NCBI GenBank assembly: GCA_027491395.1
Contig: JAOZFI010000015.1
Coordinates: forward strand, 1-20,651
Source of the DNA: Thermoproteota archaeon
Lineage (GTDB): Archaea; Korarchaeota; Korarchaeia; Korarchaeales; Korarchaeaceae
Direction: 5' to 3'
Length of the DNA: 20,651 nucleotides
The position numbers and the translations under genes are program-made. Shown here in pieces: positions 1-6,385 of the stretch (its first letter is position 1; every line of letters starts with the position of its first letter). A model generated the notes under the pieces. It searched no databases and was not told where the DNA came from. It saw only the letters and a program-made list of their open reading frames with translations.

Positions 1-8
1 ACCCTCAG

Positions 9-40
9 CCCCTTGCCACATGAAGTGGCATGGGGAGGTG
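9..40 (+). promoter_or_regulatory. 5'-UTR hairpin plus Shine-Dalgarno of the S-layer gene
   Basis: CCCC-T-TGCCAC-ATGAA-GTGGCA-T-GGGG (9-35) forms a 10-bp stem with one T-T mismatch. Its last two G overlap SD GGAGGTG (34-40). Confidence 0.55.
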
Positions 41-45
41 TTACT

Positions 46-2793
46 ATGAAGAAGGCATACATAATAGCAGCCTTGGTAGTGCTGCTGGGGGCCAGTTTGC
101 TCCCTGCTATGGCCTACCCAATCCACATGTTCCCACAGCCTTTCGTGCAGGACGGAACCATTGACTACGACTTCGACGGCATGCCCGACATAGCCATCAT
201 ACTCGGCAGCAAGGCCGCCCCCGAGGACGTCCTCGGTGCGACCCTCATAGCCGCCAAGATAGCCTCCCACCTATACTACACTAATGCCATGTGGGTCGAT
301 GCCAAGCACGCCGCCGCCAATGGAATAACCCTCTATCACGGTAGCTTCACTGCCGAGGCTTACGGTCATAGGTACCAGGCCCTTGACCTTGTGGGTAGCT
401 GGAAGGATGAAGACACCTTCTGGGGCTTCCTCTGGAGCTGGGACTGGGGATCCACACCTGATCCCTTCGACAAGATCTACCCGCTGCACGATGGCTATGT
501 GTTCGTTCCCTCCGGCGTTAAGAGCGACATGAACCCGACCCAGATAACCTACTCCGTAGGCCTCGAGGTTGACCCTGACGACCTGAAGGAGTGGGTGGTC
601 TTCGCTCCTAGCTACTTCCCGCCTGCTTACACCAACAATGAGAAGACCCATTACGCTACGAACTTAGAGTTCGACTGCCCAGGAACTTTCACCTTCGGCT
701 ATGATGCTTGGGATACCACAAAGGACTACACACCCGTCGCGGGTCCGATAACTTACACCTGGGCTCACGGTGGATTCTACTTCATACACCCGTTGAACCC
801 AATAGATGTTAAGCAGGGTAGTGAGATAACCCTGCCGTGGATGGGCTACAAGCTCGTAGCTGAGACTGTGGAGGTTGATGAGCCCAGCATCTACAGCGTG
901 GGCTTCATAGCATATAAGATAGGAACTGATACGCCCGTTGATTACTTCCACATTGAGAACAGCGGGCTGAACGTACCTAAGGACAATGATCCTACTACCT
1001 TCCAGAAGTTCCTCTATAGCATGATCCACAGGGACATATACATACTCGCTGACATAGACGGCGATGGTGTGGTCTCTGACAACGAGAGATTGGTGCCATA
1101 CTTCGGTATAACTGTCAGGGATGTTGACGAGGTCCTCCAGACTGTCACCATGGACTTCTACTCGCTGATACTAGCCCCGAATATATACCCTGGTCACGGT
1201 AAGACTTCCTACAGTGGAACGAACGATGACTTGTATTTCGACTGGACTAACACCGTATGGTTCTTCGACAGCACCTACGGATGGCCGCACCCTGCTGGCT
1301 CTGACTATGCGGAAGCTGCCGATCCCGATACTGGAAGTGCTAACGTTGATGTCATACTTGAGCTCTCCACCTACCCCGACGCTACTGGCCCGAGGATCTT
1401 CGCTGGAGGTAACATGGGTCTTCTTGCTGGTGGTGCTGTGGCTAGTGCACCGAGCAAATTCTACGAGGCAAAGGGATACATAGTCGATGAGCAGACCGTC
1501 TTCGGTCCGTGGCTTGAGGGCCTCGCTGAGGATGAGGCCTTCCTCGGAATAAGCGGCTACTACACTGATAACACACGTACTGATGTGGAGTGGTACATGG
1601 TCGTTAAGTCCGGTACTCTTGGGGCTACGCTTTTCACTCAGAACGAGACCGGATGGTACGAGCCTCTCAACGACGATGGTCACCTAGTTGTAGGTGGTAA
1701 GGACTACTGGTTCACCAGCGTTGTGAACCGGCTCCTCGTGGCAGGACAGGAGTGCCCCGCTCTGCCGCCTGGAATAGCTGGCGAGTACTGCGGACCCGCC
1801 TGTGGACCGACTTGGGGTCTCTACGAGTTCACTCAGAAGGACGAGATAGTGAAGGAGCTTGAGTGTGAGGCCTTCGCTAAGCCCGACACATTGCTCGGCC
1901 AGACCTCCGACCAGCCCACGACGCCCGCTTGCGGAAAGTACCTCGAGTTCACTGACTACGCCGACTGGCAGGACGATGATGTGACCCTCGCGGTCTACCA
2001 CTGGCAGCTCAACTGGCTCTACCCGATAAATGCCACCGGCGTGTTCGCTGGTATATATGACAGGGTCGAGGATAGGGACGGCGATGGCATATTCACCGGC
2101 GCCACCGAGCTCGTACCGGTGACCACGCCCGAGGGCGGCACCGTCTTCGAGGATGTGACTCCGGACGAGTACAAGGACCTGTACTTCAACTTCGCCAACC
2201 CGGAGGAGGTCTTCAGCTTCATAAGGGCCCCGATAGCCTATATGGACGACTGGGTCTTCGACGGTGAGACCCTCAGCGAGGACGTGGTTGACAAGAACCT
2301 GATACTCGTCGGCGGTCCTCTGGTCAACACGCTGGTGGACTACCTGAACGACACCGGCAACCTGTACATACTCTACAAGACCGATGGCAAGACCTCTTGG
2401 CTGTACAACCCGCAGGGCGCTCCCGGTGAGAGGGACATCAACCTGACCTACGCCATCAAGCTGATAGACCCGACCATAGACACCACCTATGTCTACAAGG
2501 TCGAGGGCGGCAACGGTCTCGGTGTAATCCAGTACGCCAAGAGCAACCCGTGGAATGAGGACAAGGCCATACTGGTCGTGGCTGGTACCGACAGGTTCGG
2601 TACGCTCGCCGCCAGCATAGCTCTGGCTGACCCGACCAAGCTGGCCAACACCACGATACAGACCTACTACAACGCTGGCGTCGGCGACAACGCTCCTGCC
2701 GTCATAGTCATAGGAATAAGGCCGACCACCGTGCCCACGAGGGTCGCTGTGCAGCCTGTGCTGGTAGTTCCAGTCGGGCTGCCCAGCAGCTGA
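46..2793 (+). CDS. S-layer protein (S_layer_N + variable core + S_layer_C architecture), 915 aa
   Basis: ATG at 46 follows SD GGAGGTG (34-40), so it is preferred to the TTG at 13. Signal peptide MKKAYIIAALVVLLGASLLPAMA. N-domain motif IILGSKAAPEDVLGATLIAAKIAS and C-domain motifs NLILVGGPLVNTLV and ILVVAGTDRFGTLAA are typical of Methanococcales/Thermococcales-type S-layer proteins. Acidic, with strong C-ending codon bias at both ends (high expression). Confidence 0.85.
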   Translation: MKKAYIIAALVVLLGASLLPAMAYPIHMFPQPFVQDGTIDYDFDGMPDIAIILGSKAAPEDVLGATLIAAKIASHLYYTNAMWVDAKHAAANGITLYHGSFTAEAYGHRYQALDLVGSWKDEDTFWGFLWSWDWGSTPDPFDKIYPLHDGYVFVPSGVKSDMNPTQITYSVGLEVDPDDLKEWVVFAPSYFPPAYTNNEKTHYATNLEFDCPGTFTFGYDAWDTTKDYTPVAGPITYTWAHGGFYFIHPLNPIDVKQGSEITLPWMGYKLVAETVEVDEPSIYSVGFIAYKIGTDTPVDYFHIENSGLNVPKDNDPTTFQKFLYSMIHRDIYILADIDGDGVVSDNERLVPYFGITVRDVDEVLQTVTMDFYSLILAPNIYPGHGKTSYSGTNDDLYFDWTNTVWFFDSTYGWPHPAGSDYAEAADPDTGSANVDVILELSTYPDATGPRIFAGGNMGLLAGGAVASAPSKFYEAKGYIVDEQTVFGPWLEGLAEDEAFLGISGYYTDNTRTDVEWYMVVKSGTLGATLFTQNETGWYEPLNDDGHLVVGGKDYWFTSVVNRLLVAGQECPALPPGIAGEYCGPACGPTWGLYEFTQKDEIVKELECEAFAKPDTLLGQTSDQPTTPACGKYLEFTDYADWQDDDVTLAVYHWQLNWLYPINATGVFAGIYDRVEDRDGDGIFTGATELVPVTTPEGGTVFEDVTPDEYKDLYFNFANPEEVFSFIRAPIAYMDDWVFDGETLSEDVVDKNLILVGGPLVNTLVDYLNDTGNLYILYKTDGKTSWLYNPQGAPGERDINLTYAIKLIDPTIDTTYVYKVEGGNGLGVIQYAKSNPWNEDKAILVVAGTDRFGTLAASIALADPTKLANTTIQTYYNAGVGDNAPAVIVIGIRPTTVPTRVAVQPVLVVPVGLPSS

Positions 2794-2795
2794 AC

Positions 2796-2829
2796 CCTCT
2801 CCTTCCTTTCCTTTCTTTTCTGTTCTGTT
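2796..2829 (+). terminator. Pyrimidine/oligo-T tract terminator of the S-layer gene
   Basis: CCTCTCCTTCCTTTCCTTTCTTTTCTGTTCTGTT lies directly after the TGA stop, matching the archaeal U-rich termination pattern. Confidence 0.7.
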
Positions 2830-3106
2830 ATGCCCATGACCCGATTCCTTGAACGGAAGCTCGACTTCCCCTAATCTTGTATATCATAGTTTCCCCGCGT
2901 GTTCCCGATCCCGCTTCATTCGATAGTTCTTTAATTCTAGGAGCTCTCTCCACAATGTGCGAGCCAACATAGATGATCCCCGAGTACCATCTGCCCACTT
3001 GAGGATCGGAAAAGCATGAAGAACTCCCTTCTATGGATCTCCACCGTCCGATCAACCCCTTTTAGTCAACTGTCTATACGGAGTTCATACGAGCATCCAT
3101 CCCACC

Positions 3107-3114
3107 TTATATAT
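3107..3114 (+). promoter_or_regulatory. TATA box for a probably leaderless transcript of the 810-aa gene
   Basis: TTATATAT sits about 24-31 nt before ATG 3138, and there is no SD in between. Confidence 0.6.
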
Positions 3115-3137
3115 TCATCCATCACTACCAAGCGGGT

Positions 3138-5570
3138 ATGGGAATGGAGAGGTCCTCGCTACTGCCTTTACTCCTGATTGTCCTGCTAATCCCTCAGATA
3201 ATACTTACTTCGTCGCAAACTCCTAGGGAGATAATAGAACAGGCTGTTGAGGGACCTCTGAGGGCAGTTACTAGGGTCCCCGAGTACAACTCCCCCAGTG
3301 AGATCCCGCAGGGAAGTTACGGCTACGTCAACGGGGTGCTCTATGTGGACAAGAGCGGCTTCACCTTCGGAGCCATACCGGACTTGGAGTTCAACATATA
3401 CGCATCACTTATCCTAGCGGAGGCCCTTCAGGCCTCTAACTTCATGGAGTTCGATGAAGGCGATGTGTCTCGGGCTAAGACTAGGCTGGCATCCATGACC
3501 ACATGGATGCTCGAGCGTGCTAAGAACAACGGCCTCTGGGGTTCCGACGTAAGTGGAAGACTGGTGGATATATCCTTCAGCGCCCAAGCTATAAGGGCCG
3601 TGGCAGGCGCCTTCGCGGCTGGAACCCTTCCTAAAGAGAAGCTTCCCTCTCTCGCCCACTCAGTGTCCCAGCTCATTTCCCTTCAGAGTGAGGGAGGTGG
3701 GTGGGGGAGGATGCCCGAGGCCGATGTGTTCCAGCTGAAGGAGCCCAGCCCGAGCATCACTGCGCAGGCCCTCAGGGCCATACTTGCTGCCAAAGAAGTG
3801 GGTGTGAAAGTAGCAGGCTTGGACAACAGCGTCAAGAAGGCGATATCATTCCTCACAGCCACCGCCAAAAAGAGCAAGGACTTCAATTACTGGCAGGAGG
3901 AGAAGTCCTCATCCGTACAAGTCACTGGAGATGTTGCAGACGCCCTCGCGGAAGCCATGTTCCTTGGTTTCGATGTGGACGATGGTCTGGTGAAGGGGAT
4001 CGTCGCCTACTTGGAGAGCAACGTCAAACAGGCTTACTCGTCCGGAACCTACGAGATAACTACGGCCTTGGCGCTCAATGCCCTAGCCAAGTTCTCCTCT
4101 CTGGGCTATTTGGAGACGGACAAGTTCGTTTCAAGTTATGAACCACTCCTTGTGGACCTGGCATCCACCATTAGACCGGACTGGCTCTTCACCAATCTGC
4201 CCTTCGTGTGGTTGAGATACGCCTATACCTACACCTACGTGTCGATATTCGCCTACTGGTTGAGAGTATCGTCAATTTCGGCCCAAGCCTATTTCGTCGG
4301 AGGATACGGCGATTATAACCCTCCTGTCGTTGTAGAGGGGACTGAGATCACCCTCAAGGTTAAGGTGGAGAACAGGATATCCCGTCCCCTCTCCCTGCTC
4401 ATGAATTTAGATGTGGGATCCCCGGCAGCCCTCTCATCTAAACCACCATCGAAGCTGACCCTCTCGGGCGGTAAATCTAAGGACTTCTCCATCAAAATAG
4501 CTGCTCCAGATCAAGTGCCCTCACCCTCGAATGTGACTGTTAAGCTGTTCATAAAGGAGGCGAATTCCGGTAAACCGCTCTTCACCGAGAGTCTCACCTT
4601 CAGGATCCTGAGGAATCCTAAGCTCTCCCTCGAGTCTAAGACCGTGAAACCAACGACCGTCCAGTTGAGGAAGCCCGTTAACGTGACTCTGGTGATGTCC
4701 AACACCGGGGACCTGCCAATCGCTGACATAAGCATAATCGAGAAGTTGGGCACGGGGTTCGAGCTGGTTACCAGCTTCCCTGGAAATGGAACTGCGTTGG
4801 TGACTTCAACCAACAGTTTGGGTAGTTATGTGATTCCCAATCCATTGGAGCCAGGCGCCAAGCTGGCCCTAATCTATCAAGTGATTCCCACGGACGCCTC
4901 ACCCGGACCCCAGACCCTCTCCACCACGCTGATAACGTACACTGACGCTAGGGGAGAGGTCCACAACATAAGCAAGGAGGTCAAGGTGACCATCTTGAGA
5001 CCCTACGTGATACTCTCAACCAACACCACCGATCTCCAACTTGAATGGGACGAGGAGAAGGGGCTGGTGATGGCCCTCTCAAATACCGGAAACGAGGATG
5101 CTACCGAGGTGGAGCTGAAGATAGCTACTGGAGAGGGGGTAACGCTGAACTTGAGCATGGTCCCCAAGGATGTCCTCCTCAGGCCAAATCCGGATGGGTC
5201 CATGCTTCTGAGGATCGACAAGCTGAAGTCCGGCGAAACAATGACCATACCTCTCAGATTGAGGGCGACCAACTTCTACCCAGCCACGGAGCTAGGCAGC
5301 TTCGTCAGCGTGGGATATGAATACAAGGACTCCATAGGTAGGAGCATGCCCCAGTTCTCCGACTCGACCATAATCAAGGTGAGAGTCAGGGTATCCAAGA
5401 ACTTCATCTACCTGATATCCGCGATAATACTGGTTATAGCTGCCCTCGTGGCGATAAGACTCTACAACAGGACGAGGAGGTCTAGGGAGAGCATGAGAAG
5501 GGTGTCTCCCTTGGTGGCCCGGACATCCAAGAGAAGGGGGAGAGGGAGGAGGAGCCCCTTTGGAAGCTAA
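3138..5570 (+). CDS. Membrane-anchored cell-surface protein: (alpha/alpha)-barrel (A2M TED / prenyltransferase-squalene cyclase-like) head + 3 Ig-like (CARDB/DUF11-like) domains + C-terminal TM and basic tail
   Basis: N-terminal hydrophobic signal. Helical repeats WMLERAKNNGLWG, LISLQSEGGGWG, SPSITAQALRAILAAKEVG and TTALALNALAKF. Ig-type motifs ITLKVKVEN, VNVTLVMSNTGD and LSNTGNEDATEVELKI. C-terminal TM FIYLISAIILVIAALVAI followed by an Arg-rich tail. Confidence 0.75.
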   Translation: MGMERSSLLPLLLIVLLIPQIILTSSQTPREIIEQAVEGPLRAVTRVPEYNSPSEIPQGSYGYVNGVLYVDKSGFTFGAIPDLEFNIYASLILAEALQASNFMEFDEGDVSRAKTRLASMTTWMLERAKNNGLWGSDVSGRLVDISFSAQAIRAVAGAFAAGTLPKEKLPSLAHSVSQLISLQSEGGGWGRMPEADVFQLKEPSPSITAQALRAILAAKEVGVKVAGLDNSVKKAISFLTATAKKSKDFNYWQEEKSSSVQVTGDVADALAEAMFLGFDVDDGLVKGIVAYLESNVKQAYSSGTYEITTALALNALAKFSSLGYLETDKFVSSYEPLLVDLASTIRPDWLFTNLPFVWLRYAYTYTYVSIFAYWLRVSSISAQAYFVGGYGDYNPPVVVEGTEITLKVKVENRISRPLSLLMNLDVGSPAALSSKPPSKLTLSGGKSKDFSIKIAAPDQVPSPSNVTVKLFIKEANSGKPLFTESLTFRILRNPKLSLESKTVKPTTVQLRKPVNVTLVMSNTGDLPIADISIIEKLGTGFELVTSFPGNGTALVTSTNSLGSYVIPNPLEPGAKLALIYQVIPTDASPGPQTLSTTLITYTDARGEVHNISKEVKVTILRPYVILSTNTTDLQLEWDEEKGLVMALSNTGNEDATEVELKIATGEGVTLNLSMVPKDVLLRPNPDGSMLLRIDKLKSGETMTIPLRLRATNFYPATELGSFVSVGYEYKDSIGRSMPQFSDSTIIKVRVRVSKNFIYLISAIILVIAALVAIRLYNRTRRSRESMRRVSPLVARTSKRRGRGRRSPFGS

Positions 5571-6168
5571 GTACTCGGTGATTATCCTAGCAGCTCTGGC
5601 CATCGCGGGGCTGGCCGCCTATTCCTTTCTTCTGAAGGAGAGCCCCCCTCAACCCACTCAGGGGCATGGCAAGTGGTACGTCACCATAACCTACCCCCTA
5701 AACCAGACCATGAAGGAGGGATCTGGAAGCATAGGGCTATCCTCCTATGCAATCACACTGGCGCTCTCGTTCTTCTCTGGTGGAAATTTGAATGAGACCA
5801 GTATACTGGTCGGACCCTTGGGCACGGTCCCCCAAGGGAACGTAACACTACTAATCACCCTCTCGGGAGACACCAGCGTCCACATATTCCCGAGGAACTC
5901 CACAGTCCGGATTCAAGGTAGCAGTCAGGAGGGCCTGTACGCCGCCACTGACAGGCTAATACTGGCAATAGCCGGAGAGTACGCTCTAGACTTGGACGAG
6001 ACTAGGAGCTATCTCATCATAGTTCACCCCAAGCAGGGGAGCAAGGTGGGGCTACAGTGGCTCGGTAAGATTCCCCTTTCTCAAGTGAGGAGGGTTCCCA
6101 TATACGTACACGGTGAGAAATCCGTGGATCTAAGGAAGATGATGTTGGGACCATACTGGCCTAATTAG
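5560..6168 (+). CDS. Small N-terminally membrane-anchored extracellular protein of unknown function
   Basis: TTG start with SD GGAGG upstream, overlapping the previous stop by 11 nt. N-terminal TM VIILAALAIAGLAAYSFLL, Pro-rich linker, 4 N-x-S/T sequons. Confidence 0.7.
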   Translation: MEAKYSVIILAALAIAGLAAYSFLLKESPPQPTQGHGKWYVTITYPLNQTMKEGSGSIGLSSYAITLALSFFSGGNLNETSILVGPLGTVPQGNVTLLITLSGDTSVHIFPRNSTVRIQGSSQEGLYAATDRLILAIAGEYALDLDETRSYLIIVHPKQGSKVGLQWLGKIPLSQVRRVPIYVHGEKSVDLRKMMLGPYWPN

Positions 6169-6243
6169 AGCAGCAATAAGAGGTAACCTCATCTACCAAT
6201 ACATCTTAGGCGATAAAGTGACTCATAACTTTCCGCGGAGAAA

Positions 6244-6318
6244 CGGGCCCGGGGGGACTTGAACCCCCGACCTGCGGCTTAGAAGGCCGCCGCTCTATCC
6301 TTGCTGAGCTACGGGCCC
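6244..6318 (-). tRNA. tRNA-Arg (anticodon TCT), intronless, CCA not encoded
   Basis: Reverse complement is GGGCCCGTAGCTCAGCAAGGATAGAGCGGCGGCCTTCTAAGCCGCAGGTCGGGGGTTCAAGTCCCCCCGGGCCCG. Acceptor stem GGGCCCG/CGGGCCC, anticodon arm GCGGC-CTTCTAA-GCCGC, T-loop GGTTCAAGTCC. Confidence 0.97.
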
Positions 6319-6343
6319 CCAGTCAATACGACCATAGACGAAC

Positions 6344-6355
6344 ATATAATTAATA
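6344..6355. promoter_or_regulatory. Shared AT-rich TATA element between the divergent tRNA-Arg and the 731-aa gene
   Basis: ATATAATTAATA lies ~26 nt from the tRNA 5' end (minus strand) and ~30-40 nt from ATG 6386 (plus strand). Confidence 0.55.
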
Positions 6356-6385
6356 CTCCCTTACCCACCGGTTCCCGGAGCGAGA

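Noticed and set aside
13-45. TTG start at 13 for the S-layer ORF
   Set aside because: ATG 46 has a strong SD and begins a canonical signal peptide. The extension lies in the leader hairpin.
271-2222. Chain of minus-strand ORFs (126, 121, 170, 105, 67 aa) and similar shadow ORFs across the window
   Set aside because: These are antisense shadows of strongly codon-biased genes, with no motifs or plausible translation signals.
6169-6243. Possible C/D-box sRNA downstream of tRNA-Arg on the minus strand (TTATGA...CTAA...AGATGA...CTGC), and the short palindrome GAGGTAACCTC
   Set aside because: There is no canonical RUGAUGA or CUGA box, and an 11-nt palindrome is expected by chance.
6244-6318. tRNA as attB of an integrated element
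   Set aside because: I saw no duplicated tRNA fragment, integrase or viral gene in the window.
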